Positions 6,617-15,581 of a DNA stretch of 60,188 nucleotides are shown piece after piece. The stretch is from a virus. Taxonomy: Duplodnaviria > Caudoviricetes. The DNA lies in the IMG/VR virus record IMGVR_UViG_3300020074_002050, positions 1-60,188 of that record. One strand, given 5' to 3'. The position numbers were made by a program, and so were the translations under genes. Below the pieces are notes generated by a model. The model saw only the letters and a program-made list of their open reading frames with translations, was not told where the DNA came from and did no database searches. Position 1 is the first letter of the stretch. Every line of letters begins with the position of its first letter.

Positions 6617-6791
6617 GATTTGTAGAAACGCTGACGACTTTGACGGTTATGCCGTTTTTGCCATCATGTTTTGATCCATAATGACGCTTATCTTCAAGGA
6701 AGTCAAGAACATCGTCGCGAATTTTTTCAGCATCTTGTCTACTGAAATTTTTTGGCAAATCCAAAGTTAAATAAAAATTAGAATTATTCAT
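6609..6791 (-). CDS. Hypothetical protein
   Basis: Overlapping operon ORF. Confidence 0.55.
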   Translation of the reverse strand: MNNSNFYLTLDLPKNFSRQDAEKIRDDVLDFLEDKRHYGSKHDGKNGITVKVVSVSTNHD

Positions 6792-7000
6792 TTTATTGAA
6801 TTTATTCTATCTTCAATTTTATCTATTGATCCATATTCGTTATAAATATAATCAAACATCCAATCTTCGGCATGAAAAGGAATATCTAACGATTTAATAA
6901 GATCATCGTACAACTTATGTTGTTGTCGATTTAATTCTAATATCTTATCGCGAGTTTTATTTATATGCGCGTATTGCTCAGAGGTAAATTTCATTCCCAT
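6788..7000 (-). CDS. Hypothetical protein
   Basis: Overlapping operon ORF. Confidence 0.6.
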   Translation of the reverse strand: MGMKFTSEQYAHINKTRDKILELNRQQHKLYDDLIKSLDIPFHAEDWMFDYIYNEYGSIDKIEDRINSIK

Positions 7001-7329
7001 AATATTTGAAGCATGACTATGCTAACGCATAATATTAACAAAGTCAATGTTTTTATAGTAAATTTTTCACCGAAATGACAAGCTGTAAGTATAGTAAAAA
7101 ATACAATACCAATTGTAAAAGTTAATATTCTGTTAGGCCAAATAAGACCATTAAAATGCTCATTTATTAATTTTATTGCGCGAATAGACAATAAAGTTGA
7201 TGGCACACTTATCCAAATAAGATAATATTCATATTTTTTAAACCAATTCCACAAAAATTGACCGTGAATTTGATACCACCCGACAATATAAACTAAACTT
7301 AGCAAACACACCGCTAAAATTAATTTCAT
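6991..7329 (-). CDS. Small 4-TM membrane protein (DMT/SMR-like size)
   Basis: Four hydrophobic segments in 112 aa. Confidence 0.6.
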   Translation of the reverse strand: MKLILAVCLLSLVYIVGWYQIHGQFLWNWFKKYEYYLIWISVPSTLLSIRAIKLINEHFNGLIWPNRILTFTIGIVFFTILTACHFGEKFTIKTLTLLILCVSIVMLQILWE

Positions 7330-7493
7330 TATCGACTGGGATTATCAAGTTCAGCAGCGCAAGTAGGACATAATTGTCCCGCTCCTTCGATGTAATTATC
7401 TCTTAGAGTTATGTCTTTGTAAATAGGCTCATTAGTTAATTGACCGCAACTAATGCATTTATCGTATTTGATTTCTTTTTCTTTTACATCCAT
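7329..7493 (-). CDS. Small Zn-finger protein (54 aa, not in ORF track)
   Basis: KCISCG...YIEGAGQLCPTC. Confidence 0.65.
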   Translation of the reverse strand: MDVKEKEIKYDKCISCGQLTNEPIYKDITLRDNYIEGAGQLCPTCAAELDNPSR

Positions 7494-8143
7494 AAAATAT
7501 CAGAGTGTTGAGCGAAAAGTATTAAACCATTCTTTTTGCGAGCTTCAAACTCTTTGCTCTCTTGTACATATTTGTCCAAACAAATTTTTTCTTCAAGTGT
7601 TTTTTCTCTATTAAAGTAATTTTTTTCTTTGAATAATATCACAGGGTAAGGCAGATATTTGTCAGGATCAATAATATAATCAAAAGCAAAAATCATTTCA
7701 TCAATAATATAATTCATTTCTTTTTCGCCAATTTGTTCAGCCTTTTTCATATCTTCTTCTGATAAATCATAATAATTAGAAGGCATAAATTTACAAGGAA
7801 CACCAAGTTTACCTTTGTTTTTTAGATATTTAAGGCGGGGAACAATATATTTAGCAATATTAACTTCTAAACAATAAATATCATCATCAGAAACACCGTA
7901 ACGAATCTTTTGATATTTACATTTAATCCACCAACGTAAATCAAACCAATTATGTTTGAATCCCCAACCTAATCTATAAGGAAGTAAATCTATAAATCCA
8001 TCAACATATTTATTATAAAAATAATAATTGTCGCTGTCTTTATCAAACATTTTGTCTATTTTTTCTTGTTGATCTGCGTAATCTTTAAAACGCTTTTCTT
8101 TATCTTCTGGCGTTTCGAAGTCGAATTCGAATTGATAGTTCAT
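7484..8143 (-). CDS. Phage hypothetical protein
   Basis: IVPRLKYLK...IIDEMIFAF...GLILFAQH..LW. Confidence 0.65.
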   Translation of the reverse strand: MNYQFEFDFETPEDKEKRFKDYADQQEKIDKMFDKDSDNYYFYNKYVDGFIDLLPYRLGWGFKHNWFDLRWWIKCKYQKIRYGVSDDDIYCLEVNIAKYIVPRLKYLKNKGKLGVPCKFMPSNYYDLSEEDMKKAEQIGEKEMNYIIDEMIFAFDYIIDPDKYLPYPVILFKEKNYFNREKTLEEKICLDKYVQESKEFEARKKNGLILFAQHSDILWM

Positions 8144-8161
8144 AATGTTTTATTACAAAAG

Positions 8162-8809
8162 TTAATATAAAACCTTTTTTTCGTGTTTAACTATAACTTC
8201 GGGATGCACCCAAACGTCCATATTTTGTTCTTTTGCTAGATGGCAGAAACTTACGTCTTCCATAGTAAATTCAGTAACATTGCCAAACTTTTTCCATAAT
8301 GGTCTAAACCACGGATATTTAAGTTTTTCAAATACTCCTTTCTTTATTAATATAAAGCCAAAACCTGTATAGTCAACTTTAAATGGTGTATTTTTATTAA
8401 TCAAATGTTGTGGAGACAAAAATTCAAAAAATCCTGTTTTATTAAAAAATTCTTCATCCCAATGTTCGACGGTTGCATATTGCTGTCCATTGCTCATCAA
8501 ATATAAGCCTGATGCAATATCTTTTTGTAATTTATATAATTTTACGAAACTTTCTACACTAAATATTATATCACTGTCAATCCATAACATATAATCATAA
8601 TCAACATTACCTTGAAATGGTTTTTGATCTTCACCACTTGTTGAGTTACCGCCCAGACACATATTGCGAACATAGTATATATTACATGATTCTCTTCTTG
8701 ATAGAAGAACCGTGATTTTGTTAGCGTTGCACCAATTATAAAAATTAAGCAGACTATCCAAAAAGACGCCTGAGAAATTATTACCCGGTATGCAAAGAAT
8801 CAATCTCAT
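8162..8809 (-). CDS. GT-A fold glycosyltransferase-like protein
   Basis: YMLWIDSDI, TGFGFILIKKGVFE, MEDVSFC. Confidence 0.75.
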   Translation of the reverse strand: MRLILCIPGNNFSGVFLDSLLNFYNWCNANKITVLLSRRESCNIYYVRNMCLGGNSTSGEDQKPFQGNVDYDYMLWIDSDIIFSVESFVKLYKLQKDIASGLYLMSNGQQYATVEHWDEEFFNKTGFFEFLSPQHLINKNTPFKVDYTGFGFILIKKGVFEKLKYPWFRPLWKKFGNVTEFTMEDVSFCHLAKEQNMDVWVHPEVIVKHEKKVLY

Positions 8810-9459
8810 ATAACTTTATTTACCCATCCTAGTGCTTCACTAATAATTGGAAATTCGTTTATAAATATATTTTTAATACCTATTGCAATTTCTCTGTGTT
8901 CTTTTTGAGTGTCTTCTTTAGCTCTCAATTCGATATAATGAATCCAACTACGAAGCGTTCCAGTCATGTATATGGTAGTTTGCGTAGTTAATGGCAATAT
9001 CATTCTAGCACACTCTTTGGCAATCCCAGATTCAATCAGTATATCATAAGCTTTGAGACTATTAGTAAGAGCTTGATTAACTAATTCGATTTTTTCTGGC
9101 GACAAATTTACTTCAGCGTCACCAACTTGTCTATTGGTTTTACCTTGCATTCGCCATTGAATATCTTCTAATTTTGTGGCTGCACTATATCTTTGACTAA
9201 ATTCTTGAAAAGCAAAAGATCTATGCCTTAGAATTTGTGAGGCAATAGCTCTGCTTGTAACAATTTCTACTGTAGCACTTGCCATCTCAAATGGACTCCA
9301 ATGTTGATGCTTGATTAAATATTTTAGAAGTCTTGGCGCGGTTTCAGTATTCATCTGATTAGATGGATTACTTACTCTCGCGCAATATGATACAATATCT
9401 TCAGCACTACTTAATCCTCCGATTTTTGGTGAAGTTATAGCTACAAGTTTGACATTCAT
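8806..9459 (-). CDS. thyX: FAD-dependent thymidylate synthase
   Basis: HWSPFE, RHRSFAFQEFSQRY, TQKEHR. Confidence 0.95.
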   Translation of the reverse strand: MNVKLVAITSPKIGGLSSAEDIVSYCARVSNPSNQMNTETAPRLLKYLIKHQHWSPFEMASATVEIVTSRAIASQILRHRSFAFQEFSQRYSAATKLEDIQWRMQGKTNRQVGDAEVNLSPEKIELVNQALTNSLKAYDILIESGIAKECARMILPLTTQTTIYMTGTLRSWIHYIELRAKEDTQKEHREIAIGIKNIFINEFPIISEALGWVNKVI

Positions 9460-10202
9460 AGATCTTTATAATCTTTAATTTCTATTTTTCTATTTGTGAT
9501 AGTTAGCCATTGATTGAGCGAAGTGTCGATACAATAGTTTTCTGTTTTCGCGTATTTAGTAATTTTACTGTCTTTGCGAGGAGTGTGGCCGACAATTTGT
9601 TTTAGTCCTTGTATAGGTGCGAATTCACTATCAAAATCTAACCAGAGTATTCCTCCTCTGGGAAAATGTCCATTTCTAGCTTGACCAGCCATATAAAACC
9701 AATGGTCGGAGCCTGAAATTAATCTAATATTGGCGCGTTCCTTTTCTTTGATTAGAAAAAGATTAATATCAGAATTATTTTTAGCAGTTGGATTTATAAA
9801 ACTAGAATGTAATCCAGCATGAGTACATAAATAATTATCAACCCATGCAAACCACTCAAATTTATTTAGCACATAGTTTTTATCGCTTTTTAAAACATCA
9901 TTGATAGCATTCCACTTTCGATCTTCATAACCACTGCAAATTGCATAAGTATTATATACAAGATAATGCGTATCATGGTTACCCCATAATGTATAATTAT
10001 TAGGAGCAGACAAGTAACGAATTAAATAATCAGCAGTAATTTTATAATCTTCATCCTTATCATAATAAAAACTATCAAACCAGTCGCCCAACACAATATT
10101 TATGTCAGCGGCTTCGTGCCTAATAATCTTATTTAATTTACCAACTTGATTATGAATGTCGGAAATTATTAGTATTTTTTTATTATGACTATCGAATGTC
10201 AT
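9456..10202 (-). CDS. Calcineurin-like metallophosphoesterase
   Basis: DIH, LGDWFD, GNHD, THAG, VGHT. Confidence 0.9.
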   Translation of the reverse strand: MTFDSHNKKILIISDIHNQVGKLNKIIRHEAADINIVLGDWFDSFYYDKDEDYKITADYLIRYLSAPNNYTLWGNHDTHYLVYNTYAICSGYEDRKWNAINDVLKSDKNYVLNKFEWFAWVDNYLCTHAGLHSSFINPTAKNNSDINLFLIKEKERANIRLISGSDHWFYMAGQARNGHFPRGGILWLDFDSEFAPIQGLKQIVGHTPRKDSKITKYAKTENYCIDTSLNQWLTITNRKIEIKDYKDL

Positions 10203-10557
10203 GAGGAATTGAGCTAAAAAGATTAGTTTGTGGCTTTGAGACCACAATGCAAGGGTGAGACTCATCATTTTTAACGTCTAGCCATTTTATTTTAAAATCT
10301 CCATTTTCTGTGCCAGACATTTCCAATCTTCGATCATTAATATGAAAAACAATACCAGAAACATGAAGCACTTGTTTAGGAGTATTAGTTCCTAAGCGAA
10401 TATCTCCACTTGTATCAATTCTTAAAGCTTCTCCACTAAGTGATAAATCTTTTGATGCTTGAGGCTTATCTTCAGCTTTGACTAAAGATGGCACGGTAGA
10501 GGCAGCAATAAAGCCTCCGAATAAAGTCTTAAAAAAACCTTTTCGATTCATGCTCAT
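10189..10557 (-). CDS. Protein with Tat-like signal peptide
   Basis: MNRKGFFKTL...VKA; tail-fiber-like LRIDTSGDIRLGTNTP. Confidence 0.55.
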   Translation of the reverse strand: MSMNRKGFFKTLFGGFIAASTVPSLVKAEDKPQASKDLSLSGEALRIDTSGDIRLGTNTPKQVLHVSGIVFHINDRRLEMSGTENGDFKIKWLDVKNDESHPCIVVSKPQTNLFSSIPHDIR

Positions 10558-10563
10558 ATTATA

Positions 10564-11142
10564 TCAATCTTCCTTTGGTTCAGCAAATTTTTGATCTGGA
10601 TGGTATACGAATTCTGGTCCAGTATAACCATAACCGCTGTCTCCAAAATCATTAAAATCATCAGGATGTTCGCCGTCATAAATTAAATCTTCAAGATATT
10701 TATTGCCATCTTGATCAACACCATATTGCACCTGTAATTTTTTTGGATCAAATTCACTTACATTAGTCCAATAATAAACAGCATTGAACTTCATGTCATG
10801 ATACCACCAAATATTTACCTTGCCAACTTCATCTGGTTCTTGAGGGATATAATTAACACCGCCGCCTTTTACAAACTCAAAGTCTTCCCAATTAGATGTA
10901 ACATACACAGGCTTTTCATTATTTTTGATGTTATCGTCGCCTCCTAAATATACATCAATAGAATCTCTCTTCTCAAAGTTAAAATATGGACAAAGCTCCC
11001 AAACATCTCCTTCGCAGAAACACTCACCGCTTTCTCTATAAGCTTCTTCAAACTCTTCTTGGGTTTGATCAGGAGTTGGGCCGGGGATAGTGTGGCGGCT
11101 ATATTCATTGGTGCCGCGCATCCAGACTTGAATTTTTAACAT
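10564..11142 (-). CDS. Acidic hypothetical protein
   Basis: 192-aa ORF. Confidence 0.65.
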   Translation of the reverse strand: MLKIQVWMRGTNEYSRHTIPGPTPDQTQEEFEEAYRESGECFCEGDVWELCPYFNFEKRDSIDVYLGGDDNIKNNEKPVYVTSNWEDFEFVKGGGVNYIPQEPDEVGKVNIWWYHDMKFNAVYYWTNVSEFDPKKLQVQYGVDQDGNKYLEDLIYDGEHPDDFNDFGDSGYGYTGPEFVYHPDQKFAEPKED

Positions 11143-11146
11143 ATAA

Positions 11147-11563
11147 TTATTTATCGTAGTTTATTTTTCCAATGACGTTTATACGAAAAGTGTTTGTAAC
11201 TTTTCCATCATTTGAACTTGTTACAATATAGCTTTCTTCAACCGTTCCGTCAAGAAAAAAAATAATTTTTGTTGCAGATGATTCGATTATTTTTAAATCA
11301 TTAGTTATTGCCGCCAATAAATCGGAATCTTCTGATGAATTTATCGTATAATCTTCAGAGAAAGATAATTCTATGTCTTTTTGGTGATATGCTGCCTGTG
11401 TGCGTTTATTAATTAAGAATGTTTTAAGATTTTCTCGGGCTTCCGCATATCTATTAGCTTGTAAAGAATCAAAGTTAATAACAAGTGCGGCGATCAATGA
11501 TAATAATATCACTGTCGCCAACACTATTTCTATAAGAGTAAATGCTTTCGATTTACCAGTCAT
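11147..11563 (-). CDS. Prepilin-type N-terminal cleavage/methylation domain protein (pseudopilin-like)
   Basis: KAFTLIEIVLATVILLSLIAAL; C-terminal IIFFLDG...FRINVIGKI. Confidence 0.8.
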   Translation of the reverse strand: MTGKSKAFTLIEIVLATVILLSLIAALVINFDSLQANRYAEARENLKTFLINKRTQAAYHQKDIELSFSEDYTINSSEDSDLLAAITNDLKIIESSATKIIFFLDGTVEESYIVTSSNDGKVTNTFRINVIGKINYDK

Positions 11564-11840
11564 TATATTTTGGTAATTTTTTAGCCTCTTTTTCTCTTTG
11601 AATCGCTCTTTTAATTATGGTACGCAATTCTGTCAATGCTGTTTCATAAGAATCACAAGCGATTTCTATATCATCAGTAATATAACCATTATGCAACACT
11701 CGAAACTCAGGTTGCTCGCCATAAGACCAGCGTGTTTCTATATACCAATGGCAGTCTTTATCTTTATGATGATTGCCACTAATAAGTTCATACCATTGCT
11801 CAGTTAATTGAATTATTTCTTTTTGTACATCAGCAGTCAT
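11553..11840 (-). CDS. Hypothetical protein
   Basis: HHKDKDCHWYI...HNGY; coupled ORF. Confidence 0.65.
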   Translation of the reverse strand: MTADVQKEIIQLTEQWYELISGNHHKDKDCHWYIETRWSYGEQPEFRVLHNGYITDDIEIACDSYETALTELRTIIKRAIQREKEAKKLPKYNDW

Positions 11841-12514
11841 ATATATTTATGCGTCAAATTTAAAAGTTGTTCACCAATGTATTTAGTATAAGCAGGTGGA
11901 ATGGCTTCTGTCAATTCCCAGCCTCGTCCAGCCCAAGGCATTCCCATAATATTACGCCAAGTGTCAATAGAACCTTTGCGACGACTCTTGCCTGTCACAC
12001 TCATATCACGGTAGTCAATTCCATTATCTTCGGCATATTTTTTAGAATATCCACGTTTAGTGATATTTTTTAACTGCGCTACTGGAAAGTTACATTCAAA
12101 ATATCTAGTTCGTTCAATCGGCATACCAAACATATAACCAGTTAATTTAAAAGGCTCTATAAGATGATCTTTAGCACCAGCGACATTTTCAATAATGTAA
12201 TATTTTTTAGTCTTAATTAATGCATCGCGAACCGGCTCAATTAACTTTGGAGTATCTTTGCCTTGTGAATAATGAACATAAATTGAATCAGGCTTAGTTG
12301 CGTTGCTGTATCCTTGGCATGGAGGTGAAGCATGAATAGCATCAAAAGAATTCAGAAAATCTTTATCTTTTAATATTTCTAAAACATCGGATCTAATGAA
12401 TTTAAAAGGATAACTAGGTTGATCTTTTATATCAACACCAGTTACTTCAAATCCAGCTTGGCTGTAACCCATGCTTGCGCCACCAGCGCAACAAAATAAA
12501 TCTAATAATTTCAT
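11837..12514 (-). CDS. DNA cytosine-C5 methyltransferase (compact phage type)
   Basis: LDLFCCAGG, ASPPCQ, IENV, ERTRYF, EAIPPAYT. Confidence 0.85.
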   Translation of the reverse strand: MKLLDLFCCAGGASMGYSQAGFEVTGVDIKDQPSYPFKFIRSDVLEILKDKDFLNSFDAIHASPPCQGYSNATKPDSIYVHYSQGKDTPKLIEPVRDALIKTKKYYIIENVAGAKDHLIEPFKLTGYMFGMPIERTRYFECNFPVAQLKNITKRGYSKKYAEDNGIDYRDMSVTGKSRRKGSIDTWRNIMGMPWAGRGWELTEAIPPAYTKYIGEQLLNLTHKYI

Positions 12515-12580
12515 AATTTTTGTAAAGATAAAGTAAAATTTGTACCCAAAAGTACTTTTCCAGTGTCATTTATATTTGAT

Positions 12581-12847
12581 ATGAAATATCTATTCTCAAT
12601 ATTCGCGTTGACCCTCAGTCTCAACGCTCAAGTTAAACCAGAACATACTCCCGGTCAAGGAGGAAATCATCGCAGACCTCCAGAGGTTAGCAAGGAAATT
12701 CGTCAAAAAATGTTAAAAAAATACGATCTCAATAAAGATGGTAAATTAGATCGCGAAGAAAGAAGTAAAATATCAAAAGAAGATCGAAAAAAGATGCATC
12801 CACCTCGTAAAGGACCGAAAGATTCGCCTCCTACAGAAAAAGGCTAA
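12581..12847 (+). CDS. Secreted EF-hand protein
   Basis: Signal peptide MKYLFSIFALTLSLNA; DLNKDGKLDREE loop. Confidence 0.7.
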   Translation: MKYLFSIFALTLSLNAQVKPEHTPGQGGNHRRPPEVSKEIRQKMLKKYDLNKDGKLDREERSKISKEDRKKMHPPRKGPKDSPPTEKG

Positions 12848-12852
12848 CAAAT

Positions 12853-12876
12853 AAACCCTCCAAAAATGGAGGGTTT
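12853..12876. terminator. Bidirectional terminator
   Basis: AAACCCTCCA-AAAA-TGGAGGGTTT between convergent genes. Confidence 0.7.
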
Positions 12877-13588
12877 ACGTTTTTTTAGCCGTTTCAATCC
12901 ATTTGTTAAAATCTCCTTTGAAACCATACCATCCCCAATGAGTTAGTTTAATATCAGAGCGAGCATATACTTTTTCACCTATATTTCTCCAAAGATGACA
13001 AAATCCCCAATCTTCACTATCATAAGTTCTTGTTCTAGGATTGATGCCTACTTTGAAAAAATCCCACATTTTCTTTCCAGAACCATAACCATCGATATCA
13101 TTAATATATGTAAGATTTTTGTTGAACATCAAGATCTTTTCAAAAACTTGACGTTTGATAAGTAAAAAACCAGTTGCAACACTGTCTATTTCATAGATAT
13201 TTTTATCTAACTCAATCAGGGTGCCTCCGACAGCGAAATCAACAATTTCTTTGTTTTTTTGATTTGCGTTTTCTAATTTAATGTATTTTTTTGGATAAGG
13301 AGAACAAATAACTTCTTTGTTGCTATCAATCAACTTTTGAACATCTTCAGACTCAAAGGCTATATCGCTATCAATAAATAAAATATGAGTCGCATCACTT
13401 CTTAAAAATTCTGCAACCGCAGCATTGCGTCCTCTTGAGATAAGACTCTCAAAAAAAATCGGATAAAATATTGCATTTATATTTGATCTGTGAAAGTAAG
13501 AAACAAGATGCAAGATTGACATCATGTAATCTGCATGACAGTTTCTGTTGTAACAGATTAACGGTACAAAAATTTTACAATTATTCAT
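12875..13588 (-). CDS. GT-A fold glycosyltransferase-like protein
   Basis: ESLISRGRN, LFIDSDI, ATGFLLIKR, SEDWGFC. Confidence 0.75.
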   Translation of the reverse strand: MNNCKIFVPLICYNRNCHADYMMSILHLVSYFHRSNINAIFYPIFFESLISRGRNAAVAEFLRSDATHILFIDSDIAFESEDVQKLIDSNKEVICSPYPKKYIKLENANQKNKEIVDFAVGGTLIELDKNIYEIDSVATGFLLIKRQVFEKILMFNKNLTYINDIDGYGSGKKMWDFFKVGINPRTRTYDSEDWGFCHLWRNIGEKVYARSDIKLTHWGWYGFKGDFNKWIETAKKT

Positions 13589-13724
13589 CGTTTCTATCTT
13601 TTTTATTCAAATCAAATAGGTCATTTTCTTGATCTTCTAATTCACCAAGACAATCCATGCATACAGAACAATAATCTAAATCTTCTAAAAACGCTGTCTT
13701 TTTACCACAATAATCGCAGTTCAT
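13581..13724 (-). CDS. Small Cys-rich acidic protein (47 aa, not in ORF track)
   Basis: MNCDYCG...VCMDC. Confidence 0.55.
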   Translation of the reverse strand: MNCDYCGKKTAFLEDLDYCSVCMDCLGELEDQENDLFDLNKKDRNDE

Positions 13725-13942
13725 TATTTTGAAACTAATTTTAAAATATCATCTAAACTTTCTTTAACTCTTATGGGATGCGTTGCGTTGTTTTTCGTAA
13801 AAATTAAGCTGTGTATATGAGATTGTTCAATGTTTACAACCATATCAAGATTGATAAGTTGAAAATTATAGTGCCTGTTTATTGTATTAGAAATTTCATC
13901 GTGACCGGGATCTAATACATGAAGTTTAAGAAAATGAGCCAT
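13724..13942 (-). CDS. FlbD-like small protein
   Basis: LINLDMVVNIE...RVKESLDDI. Confidence 0.55.
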   Translation of the reverse strand: MAHFLKLHVLDPGHDEISNTINRHYNFQLINLDMVVNIEQSHIHSLIFTKNNATHPIRVKESLDDILKLVSK

Positions 13943-13975
13943 AAAATAAATGCGGTTTTGAGGATAACCGCAAAC
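13943..13975 (-). terminator. Intrinsic terminator
   Basis: TGCGGTT...AACCGCA+TTTATTTT on minus strand. Confidence 0.55.
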
Positions 13976-13986
13976 CTTTATTATCA

Positions 13987-14175
13987 CTAAGATCGACGAT
14001 TTTCAGGAGTGCGAAAAACCTCTTCCTCTTTTTCTCCTTCGGAATAATAAATAACACCATTGACAGACTTCGCGCATTGCATGGCCCAATCATACGCTTT
14101 CTTTTTTCCTAGCGCAAGATTATAGGCTGACTGATACGTTCCATCTTTATCTCTAACAATGTAACGTTTATTCAT
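13987..14175 (-). CDS. Hypothetical protein
   Basis: ORF downstream of rIIB. Confidence 0.6.
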   Translation of the reverse strand: MNKRYIVRDKDGTYQSAYNLALGKKKAYDWAMQCAKSVNGVIYYSEGEKEEEVFRTPENRRS

Positions 14176-14176
14176 T

Positions 14177-14440
14177 TTAAGAATTCTTAATTAGTGTATC
14201 ATGAATCAGATGACGAGTCTTATAATCCAAAATACGACCTGTTTCATCCTTCGGCAGATCAGTAAGTATCTTGTCAAAATCAAGCCCAAGTACAGAACTC
14301 ATGCACTTTATTTTGCGATAAATACCGATTTCCTTATACTTCAATATTGACCACAATGTGTCAACTTGCTCTGGAGTTGCCTTTGTAATAGCATTTAAAA
14401 AGACAACTGGTTGTGTTGTAACAGAAGTTATTTCACTCAT
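14177..14440 (-). CDS. Hypothetical protein
   Basis: ORF downstream of rIIB. Confidence 0.6.
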   Translation of the reverse strand: MSEITSVTTQPVVFLNAITKATPEQVDTLWSILKYKEIGIYRKIKCMSSVLGLDFDKILTDLPKDETGRILDYKTRHLIHDTLIKNS

Positions 14441-14449
14441 ATTTTATAA

Positions 14450-15544
14450 TTACTGATCATTTGAATCTGAACTACCTGAAACAATACAATTGCTCAATGC
14501 AGTATCATCATCTTTCTGAACTGTAAATCCTAGTTCCAAACAAAGATCATAGATCTCTTGGCAAGAGATATGAATTCCCTTTAGTCGGGATTGAATGGAC
14601 TTGAGGGTAGGAGGCGATCCAGCCTCAATACGACCCTCAACATAATTTTTTATAGCGAGATAAGTAGAATCACTATAGTTGTAACCCTCATTTACATTAC
14701 AACCGCTATTGTCAGTACAATCGCTTTCATCTTCAATATCAATTTCTTTATCAGTATTATAATAAAGTTCATTCAATGGAGCTTCATCCTTGATACGCTC
14801 GAAAGGAACCTCACCAATAACCTTGTATTTAGAAACACGAAGTTTCTGGAAGCTGCAATCAGTAGGAACACTAACAGCATCAGAAGGATCAAACTCAACC
14901 ATCATAAGATGGCCGTTATTGCCAGCCCAATCCTTGGCATAATCATAGCTACCAACGTGCAAACCATGAGAACAATGATTATCCTTGTTGTCATCGACGC
15001 TATTACGAGCGACTTCAATAGTCTCACCAATGGTATTTAGAATGCGACCATTTTTATGAACCTTACCAGTAATAACAATTGTATTCTTGTTACCATGTTT
15101 TGAATAATAATCAGCATCAACACCTTTATATCCAATAACATTGCCAGTTTCAGTCAATGGCAAAGTCTTATACGAAAGAAAAGTGTAAAGTTGATCGACG
15201 CTATTCTTACTTGGATTAAACATAAGCTTCTCAATAAAATTGAGAATAGGTTGAGCGTCCTTTGCTCCAGAGCGCAAAAAATCAAGCAGTTTATCAATCA
15301 CAAAACCCTTGAGTTCATAATTGCCATAATAAACCTTTTCGGCAACAACTTTAATACTACCGTGAGTAAAATCTTCAATCTGCTTCTTGATGTCAAGAAA
15401 GTGACCAATGTTATCGTATTCTGCATTTAGCAGAGCATTCTTCAACCCGTGATAATTTGGATTATCAATGTTGACAGTGTACGGCTGACCTTCGTAGATC
15501 ACCGTGATTGCGTTGTTCGTAACAATATATGCTGGCTTGCTCAT
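14450..15544 (-). CDS. rIIB: rIIB-like protein
   Basis: NPSKNSVDQLYTFL, GYKGV, CSHGLHVGS, VSVPTD..KLRVSKYKV; follows rIIA. Confidence 0.85.
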   Translation of the reverse strand: MSKPAYIVTNNAITVIYEGQPYTVNIDNPNYHGLKNALLNAEYDNIGHFLDIKKQIEDFTHGSIKVVAEKVYYGNYELKGFVIDKLLDFLRSGAKDAQPILNFIEKLMFNPSKNSVDQLYTFLSYKTLPLTETGNVIGYKGVDADYYSKHGNKNTIVITGKVHKNGRILNTIGETIEVARNSVDDNKDNHCSHGLHVGSYDYAKDWAGNNGHLMMVEFDPSDAVSVPTDCSFQKLRVSKYKVIGEVPFERIKDEAPLNELYYNTDKEIDIEDESDCTDNSGCNVNEGYNYSDSTYLAIKNYVEGRIEAGSPPTLKSIQSRLKGIHISCQEIYDLCLELGFTVQKDDDTALSNCIVSGSSDSNDQ

Positions 15545-15581
15545 AATATTTTTTACACCGTAATTGTTTGTTTATGCTAAC

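Noticed and set aside
14591-15430. Long antisense ORFs over rIIB (and similar ones over the tubulin, dnaE and nrdJ genes)
   Set aside because: Shadow frames of well-supported genes with no motifs
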